Notes: generated from the letters alone by a model not told the origin. A stretch of 64,000 nt of DNA from an uncultured Eggerthellaceae bacterium (GCA_910588985.1 CAJURO010000003.1:10169-74168), one strand, 5' to 3'; positions 36,141 through 46,292 are shown, counted from the first letter of the stretch. A program made the numbers and translations.

Positions 36141-38795
36141 ATGGCTGACGAGCAAAGACAAGACCAAACGTACGCAGAACTTGAGAAGCCAATCTTTGAA
36201 GCATGGCGCGAGGGGGGTTACTTCTTGCGCTCGAAAGGGTTTGGCAAGAATGCTGCCGAATCCTATACGATAGTTATCCCTCCGCCCAACGTCACAGGCG
36301 TGCTACATATGGGCCATGCGCTCAATGACACCATTCAGGATGCCTGCATACGTCACGCTCGCATGCAGGGATATCAAACCCGTTGGATCCTTGGCACAGA
36401 TCATGCAGGGATCGCAACGCAGACCAAGGTCGATAAGCATCTTGCAGAACAGGGCATCAATCGTCGTGAAATAGGGCGCGATGCGTTCATCGCAGAATGC
36501 CAGAAGTGGCGCATGCAATACGGTACGACCATCGTAGAGCAGATCAAGGCGATGGGATGTTCTTGCGATTACGAGCATGAGCAATTCACGATGAGCCCCG
36601 AGTTCTCCCTTGCTGTTCGCAAGCTGTTCGTTGACTGGTACCACGATGGGATCATCTATCGAGGTCGTCGCATCGTCAATTGGTGTCCGCACTGCACAAC
36701 GGCTATCGCTGATGATGAGGCAGAGTACGAGGACGAGAAGAGCCATCTTTGGTATTTGAAGTATCCTCTTGAAGAGCCTGTAGGGGATATCGACCATATC
36801 GTTGTTGCTACGACGAGACCTGAGACCATGCTTGGCGATACAGGGGTAGCCGTCAATCCCAAGGACGAACGCTATGCCTCGCTTATCGGCAAGAACGTCA
36901 TCCTGCCGATCGTTGAACGCTCGATCCCGATCTTCGCTGACTTCCACGTTGACGCTGAATATGGAACAGGCGCTGTGAAGGTCACTCCCGCACATGACCC
37001 CAACGATTTCGCCATGGGTGCTCGTGCAGGGCTTGAGCAGGTCAACATCTTCGATGAGACCGCGCATGTGGTTGATGGCTTCGGTGACATGACAGGAATG
37101 AGCCGCGACGAAGCCCGTGAGGCAGTTGTTGCTCGCTTCGATGAGCTTGGCTTGCTCGAGAAGGTCGAGGACATCGATCACTCCGTCATGCATTGCTATC
37201 GTTGCCATAACACGCTTGAGCCATGGCTTTCTGAACAATGGTTCGTTGCGGTCGACAAGCTCAAAGGACCAGCAAGGGAAGCCGTTGAAAGCGGGCAGAT
37301 CACATTCCATCCTGCTCGTTGGGCTCAAGTCTACCTTGACTGGCTCGACAATCTGAAGGATTGGTGCATCTCCCGTCAGCTTTGGTGGGGGCATCGCATC
37401 CCTCTGTTCTCTTGCGATGCGTGCGGATGGCAAGATGCTCTCCTTGAGGACGTGGAGACATGTCCTATTTGCGGAGCTCCTGTGCGACAGGATGAAGACG
37501 TGCTCGATACCTGGTTCTCATCGCAGCTCTGGCCATTCGCAACCCAAGGTTGGGGCGAAGAGGGGATGGATGCGCCTGATCTTCAGAAGTTCTATCCCAC
37601 GCAGCTCCTCTCTACAGCGCGAGACATCATGGGACTCTGGGTTGCGCGTATGGTGATGGCAAGCGAATACTGTACGGGCACGATCCCCTTCAAAGACGTT
37701 ATCATCCATCCAACTGTCATGGGTGCGGATGGAAAGCCGATGAGCAAATCACGTGGCAATGGCGTCGATCCTGTGGCGCTCATGGAGGATTATGGTGCAG
37801 ATGGCATGCGCTTTGGCTTGCTCACTCAGGTCACTGGCACCCAGGCCATACGCTTTGACGTCGGCAAGATCGAGAACGCACGCAACTTTGCGAACAAGAT
37901 CAAGAATGCAGCTCGCTTCATTAACATGAACCTTGATGACTACGTTCCTGGCGCCCCTGAGCCTGCCACTGAAGCAGACCGCTGGATCTTCTCCCGTCTG
38001 GCAAAGCTTGTCTCTGACATCGACCAAGCCTACGCTCATTACGAGTTCTCCGAGATCACGCGCTTGCTTTACGTCTTTTTCTGGAATGAGTTCTGCGATT
38101 GGTACATCGAGTTCTCCAAAAGCCGCCTCTCAGGCCCAGAGCGCATCATTTGCCAGCGCAACCTTGTGTATGTGCTTGAAGTGGCGCTTCGCTTGCTCCA
38201 TCCTATCATGCCCTTCATCACTGAGCGCATCTATGCCGATCTGCCTGTTGGACAAGATGCGCCGCCTCTGCTCATCTGTGCACCATGGCCTTCCGCGCAC
38301 GAGCTTGAACGCTACATCGATGAGCAAGCTGAGACGTCCACCAGCCTTGTGTGCGACATTGTAGGTGCTGTGCGATCCGCACGCGCGCGCTACGGTATCT
38401 CGCCTAAGACCGAACTTGCGGTGGCGATCAAGGCTTCCCCTGAAGCGCTCGATCTCATAGCACCCCAAGAAGGGCTCATTACCGCACTTGCGCGCATCTC
38501 GTCTCTCTCAATCTCGACGACGCAGGAGAAGCCTGCAGAATCATGCGTTGGCTTCGGTAATGGAGTCGAAGTCTATACCATCCTTGCTGGCCTTGTTGAT
38601 TTCGATGCTGAACGAGCGCGCCTAAGCAAAGAGCGTGATAAGCTCGACCGCGATGTCGAGAAGCTTGAGAAGAAGCTCTCCAATCCAGGTTTCTTGAGCA
38701 AGGCGGCACCCGAGATCATAGCGAAAGACGAAGCTAAGCTCGCCGAGCTCACGGATACCCGCAATCGCGTTATCGAGCAGCTTGAATCGATCTAG
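36141..38795 (+). CDS. valS: Valine--tRNA ligase
   Basis: PPPNVTGVLHMGHA (HIGH), KMSKSRGN (KMSKS), an editing domain and a C-terminal coiled coil. Confidence 0.95.
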   Translation: MADEQRQDQTYAELEKPIFEAWREGGYFLRSKGFGKNAAESYTIVIPPPNVTGVLHMGHALNDTIQDACIRHARMQGYQTRWILGTDHAGIATQTKVDKHLAEQGINRREIGRDAFIAECQKWRMQYGTTIVEQIKAMGCSCDYEHEQFTMSPEFSLAVRKLFVDWYHDGIIYRGRRIVNWCPHCTTAIADDEAEYEDEKSHLWYLKYPLEEPVGDIDHIVVATTRPETMLGDTGVAVNPKDERYASLIGKNVILPIVERSIPIFADFHVDAEYGTGAVKVTPAHDPNDFAMGARAGLEQVNIFDETAHVVDGFGDMTGMSRDEAREAVVARFDELGLLEKVEDIDHSVMHCYRCHNTLEPWLSEQWFVAVDKLKGPAREAVESGQITFHPARWAQVYLDWLDNLKDWCISRQLWWGHRIPLFSCDACGWQDALLEDVETCPICGAPVRQDEDVLDTWFSSQLWPFATQGWGEEGMDAPDLQKFYPTQLLSTARDIMGLWVARMVMASEYCTGTIPFKDVIIHPTVMGADGKPMSKSRGNGVDPVALMEDYGADGMRFGLLTQVTGTQAIRFDVGKIENARNFANKIKNAARFINMNLDDYVPGAPEPATEADRWIFSRLAKLVSDIDQAYAHYEFSEITRLLYVFFWNEFCDWYIEFSKSRLSGPERIICQRNLVYVLEVALRLLHPIMPFITERIYADLPVGQDAPPLLICAPWPSAHELERYIDEQAETSTSLVCDIVGAVRSARARYGISPKTELAVAIKASPEALDLIAPQEGLITALARISSLSISTTQEKPAESCVGFGNGVEVYTILAGLVDFDAERARLSKERDKLDRDVEKLEKKLSNPGFLSKAAPEIIAKDEAKLAELTDTRNRVIEQLESI

Positions 38796-38806
38796 GAAAG
38801 CAGAGG

Positions 38807-38848
38807 GCAGCATCCAGGCATCGGTATATGCTTGGATGCTGCTTTGCT
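38807..38848 (+). terminator. Intrinsic terminator after valS
   Basis: 15-bp stem GCAGCATCCAGGCAT/ATGCTTGGATGCTGC (one G-U), 6-nt loop, then TTTGCT. A TATAAT at 38848..38853 follows. Confidence 0.75.
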
Positions 38849-38890
38849 ATAATCAACGGCAGTGTTCAGACCGAGGTAAGGAACGTAAAA

Positions 38891-39406
38891 GTGAGTGAGC
38901 TTATCGGACAACTTTGGACCCCGCAGATGCAGACGGCGTTCACGATCGTCGTCGTCCTTCTCGTCGTCCTTTACATTCTCTGCATCATCTGGGTTGTGAG
39001 GGATGCGTATTTAAGGGGCACGACGTGGTACATCTGGGGCATTGTTGCGCTTGTTCCGATCGTTGGCCTCATCGCTTACCTCCTTATGCGTCCTCCGATG
39101 CTCCGTCTCGATCGAGATGAGCAGGAGCTTGAAGTTGCTCTCAAGCAGCGTCAGCTCATGCAGTACGGCGAATGTGCAACCTGTGGATATCCTGTTGATT
39201 CCTCATTCGTGCTTTGTCCGAATTGCCATACCCAGTTGAAGAATCTCTGCACCCATTGCGAACGTGCGCTCGAGCCAGCTTGGACGGTCTGCCCCTATTG
39301 CGCTACGCCGCTTCATCGCGAAGCTCGTCCGAGCGCGAATCGCGCACCTCGTCGTGCGAAGCGTCCGACATCAGCGAAGCCCACCCAAGCAACTGAGGCG
39401 AAATAA
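38891..39406 (+). CDS. Membrane protein with a PLD-N-like two-helix domain and a double zinc ribbon
   Basis: Two TM helices (IWVVRDAYLRG...IVGLIAYLLMRP) are followed by CATCGY...CPNC...CTHC...CPYC and a basic tail. Start moved to the GTG after the valS terminator; the ORF-track start lies inside the hairpin. Confidence 0.65.
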   Translation: MSELIGQLWTPQMQTAFTIVVVLLVVLYILCIIWVVRDAYLRGTTWYIWGIVALVPIVGLIAYLLMRPPMLRLDRDEQELEVALKQRQLMQYGECATCGYPVDSSFVLCPNCHTQLKNLCTHCERALEPAWTVCPYCATPLHREARPSANRAPRRAKRPTSAKPTQATEAK

Positions 39407-39480
39407 CGTAATCCTTATCCAAGAAGTTCGATCGAAAACTGCAGGCGCTCTGTATGCGCCCGGCTGTGAAAGGAATTCCT

Positions 39481-41400
39481 ATGATCGTATATCTGCCTGA
39501 TGGCTCTCAAAAGGATGTTGACGCGGGAGCTACCGTATATGATGTTGCCTCTTCTATCGGAGAAGGCCTTGCTCGCGCAGCGCTTGCTGGCAAGATAGAT
39601 GGCATCCTGGTCGATCTGAATGCACCTGTCAGCGACGGTGCGCAGGTTGAGATCCTGACGAAGAAATCTCCTGAGGCTCTCGATATCATGCGGCATTCCG
39701 CAGCACACGTTATGGCAGAAGCAGTTCGCTCTCTCTATCCTGGTACGCAGATCGCATTCGGTCCCCAAACGGATGATGGCTTCTTCTACGATTTCGAGCT
39801 TCCTGATGGAGCCACGATCTCCGTCGATGACTTCTCGACTATCGAGAATAAGATGGCGGAGATCATCCATGAAGGGAAGCCCTTCACCCGTAGCGTGGTA
39901 ACCAAGGATGAGGCTAAGCGCGCTTTTGCAGACCAGCGATTCAAGCTCGAGCATATCGATGAGCTCCCTGAAACAGAAGAGATCAGCATCTATACGCATG
40001 GTGACTTCGCCGATCTTTGCGCAGGGCCTCATATGCCAGATGCGAGCGCGATCAAGGCTTTCAAGCTCATGAAGACGGCAGGGGCATACTGGAAAGGCGA
40101 CGCAGAGCGTGAGGTGCTCACCCGTCTCTATGGCACCGCCTTCTTCGACAAGAAGGATCTTTCCGAATACCTCCATAATCTTGAAGAAGCCGAAAAGCGT
40201 GACCATCGTAAGCTTGGACGTGAGCTTGGCATCTACACCATGGATCCGCTTGCAGGTGTTGGCTTGCCCCTTTATCTACCAAAAGGCGCTCGAGTCATTC
40301 GCACGATGCAGGAATGGCTTCGCCGCGATCTCTACGAGCGCGGTTACGAAGAGGTCATCACTCCACATATCTACAATGCAGATGTGTGGAAGATGAGCGG
40401 GCATTACGACTTCTATCACGAGAACATGTACTTCTTCGATATCAATGAGGGAACCGATGAAGAGCCGCGCCTCTCTGAGTATGGCGTTAAGCCCATGAAC
40501 TGTCCTGGTCATGTGATGCTCTATAAGTCCGAGCTTCATTCGTATCGTGACCTTCCTTTGCGTTATTTCGAATTCGGCACTGTTTATCGTCATGAGATGT
40601 CGGGCGTTGTGCACGGCCTGCTTCGAGCGCGGGGGTTCACGCAAGACGATGCTCACATCTTCTGCACTCGCGACCAGGTCGTTGACGAGGTGTGCGCTAT
40701 CCTCGACCTTGTCGAGCACATCATGACCACCTTCGGGTTCGCCTATGAGGCCGAGATCTCGACACGTCCTGAGAAATCCATCGGTTCGGATGACATGTGG
40801 GAGCATGCAACTGAGTCGTTGCGGCGTGCTTGCGAGATCAAGCAGCTCGCTTATGACATCAACGAGGGTGACGGTGCGTTCTACGGTCCAAAGATCGATA
40901 TCAAGGTGAAGGACGCCATTGGGCGCACGTGGCAATGCTCAACCGTGCAGATCGACTTCAATTTCCCCGAACGCTTCGATCTGACCTACCGTGCTGCTGA
41001 CAACACCGAGCAGCGTCCCTGGATGCTCCACCGTGCCATCTTTGGGTCGATCGAGCGTTTCCTCGGCATCCTGATCGAGCATTACGCAGGTGCGCTTCCG
41101 TTATGGTTGGCGCCCGTCCAAGCAGCTATCATCCCGATCGCAGATCGTCATAAGGATGCTGCGTTCGAGTTCGCAGGCGAGCTCACCTCGGTTGGTGGGC
41201 GAGTCGAGGTCTATGACCAAAACGAGCCCATGAAGGTCAAGATCGCCAAAGCTCAGCAGCAGAAGATCCCTTATATGATCATCATGGGGGACAAGGAGGT
41301 CGAAGAGCGCATGGTGAGCGTGCGCGATCGTGCTGAGGGTGACCTTGGCACCTGGGAGAGGACGCGGTTCATCGATACTATCCGCGCAGCAGCTCTCTAG
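39481..41400 (+). CDS. thrS: Threonine--tRNA ligase
   Basis: N-terminal TGS domain (MIVYLPDGSQKDV), editing-site HSAAHVMA, class II core and anticodon-binding domain. Start trimmed to the ATG preceded by AGGA. Confidence 0.95.
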   Translation: MIVYLPDGSQKDVDAGATVYDVASSIGEGLARAALAGKIDGILVDLNAPVSDGAQVEILTKKSPEALDIMRHSAAHVMAEAVRSLYPGTQIAFGPQTDDGFFYDFELPDGATISVDDFSTIENKMAEIIHEGKPFTRSVVTKDEAKRAFADQRFKLEHIDELPETEEISIYTHGDFADLCAGPHMPDASAIKAFKLMKTAGAYWKGDAEREVLTRLYGTAFFDKKDLSEYLHNLEEAEKRDHRKLGRELGIYTMDPLAGVGLPLYLPKGARVIRTMQEWLRRDLYERGYEEVITPHIYNADVWKMSGHYDFYHENMYFFDINEGTDEEPRLSEYGVKPMNCPGHVMLYKSELHSYRDLPLRYFEFGTVYRHEMSGVVHGLLRARGFTQDDAHIFCTRDQVVDEVCAILDLVEHIMTTFGFAYEAEISTRPEKSIGSDDMWEHATESLRRACEIKQLAYDINEGDGAFYGPKIDIKVKDAIGRTWQCSTVQIDFNFPERFDLTYRAADNTEQRPWMLHRAIFGSIERFLGILIEHYAGALPLWLAPVQAAIIPIADRHKDAAFEFAGELTSVGGRVEVYDQNEPMKVKIAKAQQQKIPYMIIMGDKEVEERMVSVRDRAEGDLGTWERTRFIDTIRAAAL

Positions 41401-41436
41401 AGCGATGCGCCGCGCACAAGCGCTTAAAGAGAGTGA

Positions 41437-42795
41437 TCAGTGTGGCCGACGCGCTTGGGCGTCGGCCTTCTTTTTGCGTGCTTGCGCCTTATGCTCTAAT
41501 GCCCGCGCCCGTTCAAGGGCCCGATGCTTCTTCAGCACTGCGATCGTTGAATGCGGATCTTGCTTGATCGATCTGAAGGCATCCCCAAGGTCGGCATCGA
41601 TCGTATGAAGGGTCACTGAGGCAAGCAAAGGCATCAGGAAGACCGTGATCGCCCCTGCAGCAACAAGAAGCGACGAGGTAGCATCGCTCATCGCGCCGAT
41701 GTTCGTCGCGATCGTAGTGACCGCAACGATGAGCGGGAGAGCAGCTGTGCAATAGAGAGCAACATTTGCGCGTGAAGGAGCATCCAAATCTCGGTATTTC
41801 TCATTGAACCTGAGTGAGATGAAGATGGGGAGCGCCCTCACGAACAAGAGAAGGAGGATGAAGAGGACGAGCAAGTGCGGAGCGCTTGCAACCGCATGAG
41901 GGTCTATCTTCATGCCACTCGTAATGAAGAAAAGCGGGATGAAGAATCCATACCCTATGCCATTGAGCTTCTTCTCGAGGCTATCGTTGCCATCAGGCAC
42001 GATGAAGCGCAAGACGAACCCGGCTGCGAACGCGCCAAGCACGATATCAAGATCGAAGAGCGCCGAGATGGTCACAAGCGAGATCAGAAGCACCATCACA
42101 CCGCGAACGCCCATCTGAGCATTTCCTTCAGGGTGACGATGCATGAACAAGACGACCTTGCTGTTCTTCGCCTTCATAACGCTTGGAATGAGCGCAGATG
42201 CAAGGGCTATGGCCAAGAATGCAACAAGGACGACCACCGTAAGCCAGGTTGCGCGGGTGCTCAAGATGAGCGCGATCGCCAAGATCGGCGCGAGCTCGCC
42301 CCACGTGCCATAATCGATGATGGCGTTGCCGATCTGAGTGCCGATGAGACCGCGTTCTTTCAGTATGGGGATGAGCGTTCCAAATGCCGTTGTGGTCAGG
42401 GCGATAGCCACTGAGAGCCATCCGATCTGATTCTCTTTGAATTGTGGCAGGCTTATCACAAAGGCCAATGCGATGGCAAATGAGATACACCAGGTAAGAA
42501 GCCCCTTTCGCCCGCTTTTGCTCACAAGCTCTTTAGGATCGAGCTCGTACCCTGCAAGGAGGAACAAGAAGCCAAGACCAAGGTCAGAGAGAAGGGTGAG
42601 ATAGTCTCCTGCTTGGAGTATGCCAGCGACATGCGGTCCAAAGATCATGCCAACAGCCAGAAGAAGAACAGTTTCAGGCACGATGTTACGGGGGATGAGC
42701 GCAGAGACCATCGGGCAGATGAAAGCACCGAGAGCGATGATCGCAAGCGAGATCAATTCGTATTCCTCCACGATCTCCTCCTCATGCAAAGTCAT
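41437..42795 (-). CDS. Cation:proton antiporter (CPA family)
   Basis: 452-aa polytopic membrane protein with a Na+/H+-exchanger-like helix pattern and a basic C-terminal tail. Confidence 0.75.
   Translation of the reverse strand: MTLHEEEIVEEYELISLAIIALGAFICPMVSALIPRNIVPETVLLLAVGMIFGPHVAGILQAGDYLTLLSDLGLGFLFLLAGYELDPKELVSKSGRKGLLTWCISFAIALAFVISLPQFKENQIGWLSVAIALTTTAFGTLIPILKERGLIGTQIGNAIIDYGTWGELAPILAIALILSTRATWLTVVVLVAFLAIALASALIPSVMKAKNSKVVLFMHRHPEGNAQMGVRGVMVLLISLVTISALFDLDIVLGAFAAGFVLRFIVPDGNDSLEKKLNGIGYGFFIPLFFITSGMKIDPHAVASAPHLLVLFILLLLFVRALPIFISLRFNEKYRDLDAPSRANVALYCTAALPLIVAVTTIATNIGAMSDATSSLLVAAGAITVFLMPLLASVTLHTIDADLGDAFRSIKQDPHSTIAVLKKHRALERARALEHKAQARKKKADAQARRPH
41444..41475 (+). 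terminator. Intrinsic terminator of thrS, embedded in the 3' end of the convergent antiporter gene
   Basis: Perfect 9-bp stem GGCCGACGC/GCGTCGGCC followed by TTCTTTTTG. Confidence 0.7.
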
Positions 42796-42822
42796 GGCAA
42801 TTTGGAAACAGCTTGAAGGTGC

Positions 42823-42853
42823 TTGACAGGTTCTTCCTCCATGCCGATATCAT
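42823..42853 (+). promoter_or_regulatory. Candidate sigma-70-type promoter for trxA
   Basis: TTGACA at 42823..42828 and TATCAT at 42848..42853. The spacing is about 19 nt, slightly long. Confidence 0.3.
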
Positions 42854-42912
42854 ATAGACTAGAAAGATATCAGACGAACAAGCACCAGAGATGTTAAACG
42901 GAGGTAATCAAA

Positions 42913-43221
42913 ATGAGCGAAGTTCTCACATCAGCTAATTTCCAAACCAAGGTTCTTGAGGCAGACAAGCCCGTTCTTGTAGACTTCTTTGCTACTTGGT
43001 GCGGACCTTGCAAGCGTGTTGCTCCCGTTGTAGACGAGATCGCATCAGAGGTAGCTGGCAAAGCCTATGTGTATAAGGTCGACATCGATCAGAGCCCTGA
43101 CATCGCTGCGCAGTATCGAGTGAATTCAGTGCCAACACTGATCTCGTTCGAACATGGTCAGATCAAGAACAAGACCGTTGGCGCGGTTCCTAAGCAGCAG
43201 ATCATGCAGCTTCTCGCATAA
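42913..43221 (+). CDS. trxA: Thioredoxin
   Basis: 102 aa with the WCGPC active site. Confidence 0.95.
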   Translation: MSEVLTSANFQTKVLEADKPVLVDFFATWCGPCKRVAPVVDEIASEVAGKAYVYKVDIDQSPDIAAQYRVNSVPTLISFEHGQIKNKTVGAVPKQQIMQLLA

Positions 43222-43256
43222 GACAGGCAGCGGAGCTTTCTACTGGGTTGTGATAA

Positions 43257-43285
43257 GCCCCTACAGGCAACTGTGGGGGCGTTTT
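43257..43285 (+). terminator. Putative terminator/attenuator between trxA and trxB
   Basis: Stem GCCCCTACAG/CTGTGGGGGC (one G-U), 4-nt loop, then GTTTTAG. Confidence 0.5.
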
Positions 43286-43304
43286 AGATTAAGGAGAGAG
43301 GCGC

Positions 43305-44237
43305 ATGGGATCTGAGCGAATCTATGATGTTGCCATTATCGGCGCGGGCCCAGCGGGGATGACAAGCGCGCTTTATGCTTGTCGAGCAGGGTTTAGCTGC
43401 GTCATGATCGAATCGATCAGCTACGGGGGGCAACTTGCCCAAACAGAGCATCTTGAGAATTACCCTGGGTTCAATCAGTCAACGAGCGGTTTCGAGCTCT
43501 CGGAGATCATGTTCGCGCAAGCAACGAGCTTCGGAGCAGAGATTATCTACGACGAGGTGCAGAGCGTTTGGTTCGAGAATGATGTCAAAACGGTCGTATG
43601 TGCTTACGAGAGCATCCAAGCCCGCTCTGTCATCATAGCTTCAGGCGCACGTCCGGCTACCCTTGGCCTGCCCAACGAAGAAGCGCTCAAAGGGCAGGGG
43701 GTATCATACTGCGCAACATGCGATGGCAACTTCTTCAAAGACGAGGATGTGATCGTCGTCGGAGGGGGAGATACAGCAGCAGCTGATGCCATCTACCTCT
43801 CACGCATTTGCAATACGGTTCGCATGATCGTACGACGTGACGAGCTGCGCGCAACCGCTGTTTATCATCATCGGCTCATGGAGCTTGAGAATGTTGAGAT
43901 CATCTGGAACAGCAATGTCATTCGCCTTCTCGAGGATGATGGAAGGCTTGCTGGGGTGATCATTCGCAATAACAAGACGAACGAAGAAACGACGATTGAC
44001 TCACGAGCTGTTTTCGTTGCGATCGGAACGGTCCCCAATGTAGAATTCCTTGGAAATACGCTCGAGCTTGCTCCAAGTGGCCATGTTCTTGCGGAAGCGG
44101 ATTGCAGAACAAGCGTTGAGGGTGTGTTCGCGGCAGGTGATGTACGCACGAAGCCCCTCTATCAAGTGACAACCGCGGTTGGCGATGGTGCCAATGCTGT
44201 GGAATCCTGCGCAGAATACCTTGCGCGCATGCGTTAA
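43305..44237 (+). CDS. trxB: Thioredoxin-disulfide reductase
   Basis: FAD motif GAGPAG, redox-active CATCDG and NADPH motif GGGDTA. Confidence 0.95.
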   Translation: MGSERIYDVAIIGAGPAGMTSALYACRAGFSCVMIESISYGGQLAQTEHLENYPGFNQSTSGFELSEIMFAQATSFGAEIIYDEVQSVWFENDVKTVVCAYESIQARSVIIASGARPATLGLPNEEALKGQGVSYCATCDGNFFKDEDVIVVGGGDTAAADAIYLSRICNTVRMIVRRDELRATAVYHHRLMELENVEIIWNSNVIRLLEDDGRLAGVIIRNNKTNEETTIDSRAVFVAIGTVPNVEFLGNTLELAPSGHVLAEADCRTSVEGVFAAGDVRTKPLYQVTTAVGDGANAVESCAEYLARMR

Positions 44238-44286
44238 GCATTCACCGCTCTTCGCTGATTTGCTAGAATCTATGCGAATCACACGA

Positions 44287-44315
44287 TGCGCGTCGGAAAC
44301 GGTGCGCAGCTTTTT
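44287..44315 (+). terminator. Putative terminator after trxB
   Basis: Stem TGCGCG/TGCGCA around a 10-nt loop, followed by GCTTTTTG. It lies inside the unsupported 5' extension of the prfA ORF. Confidence 0.45.
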
Positions 44316-44339
44316 GCTATGAACCCGCGAGGAGCACGC

Positions 44340-45413
44340 ATGCAAGATGTCGATATGAAGAATAAGCTCTCTACGTTCCTGGAGGCCTACGCCGACCTTC
44401 AGCGCAAGATGGGGGATCCCGCTGTGCTTTCTGACCAAAAGGGGTACAACAGGCTTGCAAAGGAATATGCAAGCCAAGGCCCGCTTGCAAAGAAAGCCCA
44501 GGAGTACGTAAGCGCGCTGGACGACCTTGAAGCGGCGAAGGAAATGCTCGCCGATGCGGATATGAAAGAATTCGCCCATGAGGAAATATCTTCGATCGAA
44601 GCTCGCTTGCCCCAGCTTGAAGAGGATATCAAGATAATGCTCATCCCTGCTGATCCCGCCGATGAGAAGGACATCATCGTTGAGATAAGGGCGGCAGCAG
44701 GCGGTGACGAAGCTGCCATCTTCGCAGGGGATCTTTTCAAGATGTACGAGCGCTTCGCCTCTTCGCAGAAGTGGAAGATCGAGGTCTTGAACGTCTCATC
44801 CTCTGAAACTGGCGGATACAAGGAGATACAGTTCAAGGTCAAGGGCGATCATGTGTATTCCCTCATGAAGTTCGAGAGTGGGGTTCATCGCGTTCAGCGT
44901 GTCCCTAAAACCGAGAGCCAAGGGCGCATCCATACCTCTACGGCAACAGTAGCCGTGCTTCCTGAAGCCGATGAGGTCGAAGTTGAGATCAACGAGAACG
45001 ATCTTCGCATCGATGTGTTCCGTGCTGGTGGCCCCGGTGGCCAGTGCGTCAACACAACTGATTCGGCCGTGCGCATCACCCATCTGCCAACTGGTCTCGT
45101 TGTGCAATCGCAAGATCAGAAGTCGCAGCTTCAGAATAAGATAGCTGCCATGAGCGTCCTTCGCGCCCGCCTCTATGAGCAGATGCTTGCCGAGCAGCAA
45201 GCGCAAGAAGGCGCTGAGCGTCTTGCCCAGATCGGAACGGGCGATCGCGCTGAGAAGATCCGCACGTATAATGGCCCGCAAGATCGTGTGACCGATCATC
45301 GCATCGGGTTCAACTCGAGCTACAACGGCGTGCTCCTTGGCAGCGATCTGATCAATGTCATCAATGCGCTTCAAGCTGCCGATAGGGCGCGCAAACTTGA
45401 ACAGGCTGTCTGA
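44340..45413 (+). CDS. prfA: Peptide chain release factor 1
   Basis: RVQRVPKTESQGRIHTS (PxT tripeptide) and GGPGGQCVN (GGQ). Start trimmed to the ATG preceded by GGAG; Met at 44355 is an alternative. Confidence 0.93.
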   Translation: MQDVDMKNKLSTFLEAYADLQRKMGDPAVLSDQKGYNRLAKEYASQGPLAKKAQEYVSALDDLEAAKEMLADADMKEFAHEEISSIEARLPQLEEDIKIMLIPADPADEKDIIVEIRAAAGGDEAAIFAGDLFKMYERFASSQKWKIEVLNVSSSETGGYKEIQFKVKGDHVYSLMKFESGVHRVQRVPKTESQGRIHTSTATVAVLPEADEVEVEINENDLRIDVFRAGGPGGQCVNTTDSAVRITHLPTGLVVQSQDQKSQLQNKIAAMSVLRARLYEQMLAEQQAQEGAERLAQIGTGDRAEKIRTYNGPQDRVTDHRIGFNSSYNGVLLGSDLINVINALQAADRARKLEQAV

Positions 45414-45419
45414 TCGAGC

Positions 45420-46292
45420 GTGACTGAGCAAGCGTGGACAGTACGTTCCATCCTCGCGTGGACTCAAGGCTACTTCAACGACAAAGGCATCGAGGATGCC
45501 AGGCTCTCGGCTGAGTGGCTCATCTCGCATGCGCTCGGATCGACGAGGCTTGACCTCTATCTTGACCCTGATCGTCCGCTTGCGCGCCCTGAGCTTGATG
45601 CTCTTCATGGATTCATCGTTCGGCGCGTCTCGGGAGAGCCCCTTCAGTACATCACAAAAACAGCTTCCTTTCGCTATCTCGATCTTGCAATAGAGCCAGG
45701 TGTCCTTATACCTCGACCTGAGACAGAGGTGCTTGTGAGCGAAGTTCTCAAGGAGCTTGATCACGAGGAAGGAGACAAGCTTGTTGCGGATATCTGTTGC
45801 GGCTCGGGATGCATCGCCTGCGCGCTTGCCTCGGAGCGAGCGAATGTCAACGTGATAGCCATCGATATCTCGCCTGAGGCTTGTGCGCTCTCTCTACGCA
45901 ATGTTGATGCATGCGACCTTGCCCATGCGGTAAAGGTCCTCCAGGGAGACCTGAGCTCGCCGATCGAGGAAACCCTCTATGGCTGCTTCGATTGCATTGT
46001 CTCGAATCCCCCCTATGTGCCCAGTGCAGTCATCCGCTCGCTTCCTGAGGAAGTGTCTGCGTTCGAACCGACGCTGGCGCTTGATGGGGGTGAGGATGGC
46101 CTAGATATCTATAGAAGGATCCTTGCCGAGTCGAAGCTCCTTCTGCGCCAGGAAGGCATACTTGCAGTTGAGCTCTATGAGGATTCTCTTCAAGAAGCAG
46201 CAGCACTTGCTGCGAAGAGTGGCTTTGAGTGCATTCGTATCGTAGAGGATCTCGCCTGTCGCCCGCGCATCTTGATAGCGAGGAGAGGATAG
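45420..46292 (+). CDS. prmC: Release-factor glutamine N5-methyltransferase
   Basis: SAM motif DICCGSG and the NPPY catalytic motif. Located directly after prfA. Confidence 0.9.
   Translation: MTEQAWTVRSILAWTQGYFNDKGIEDARLSAEWLISHALGSTRLDLYLDPDRPLARPELDALHGFIVRRVSGEPLQYITKTASFRYLDLAIEPGVLIPRPETEVLVSEVLKELDHEEGDKLVADICCGSGCIACALASERANVNVIAIDISPEACALSLRNVDACDLAHAVKVLQGDLSSPIEETLYGCFDCIVSNPPYVPSAVIRSLPEEVSAFEPTLALDGGEDGLDIYRRILAESKLLLRQEGILAVELYEDSLQEAAALAAKSGFECIRIVEDLACRPRILIARRG

Noticed and set aside
34801-36204. Very long antisense ORFs opposite housekeeping genes: 467 aa opposite clpX, plus 29178..30416 opposite pcrA, 36303..37433 opposite valS, 4403..5329 opposite gatA/gatB, 7524..8489 opposite hisZG/hisD, 44796..45764 opposite prfA/prmC, 28335..29168 opposite pcrA, and 60741..61382 and 60928..61731 opposite infB.
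   Set aside because: Each lies entirely within a strongly motif-supported gene on the other strand. Their translations are Arg/Ser/Cys/His-rich with no recognisable motifs. They have no plausible RBS or promoter context. They are typical shadow ORFs.
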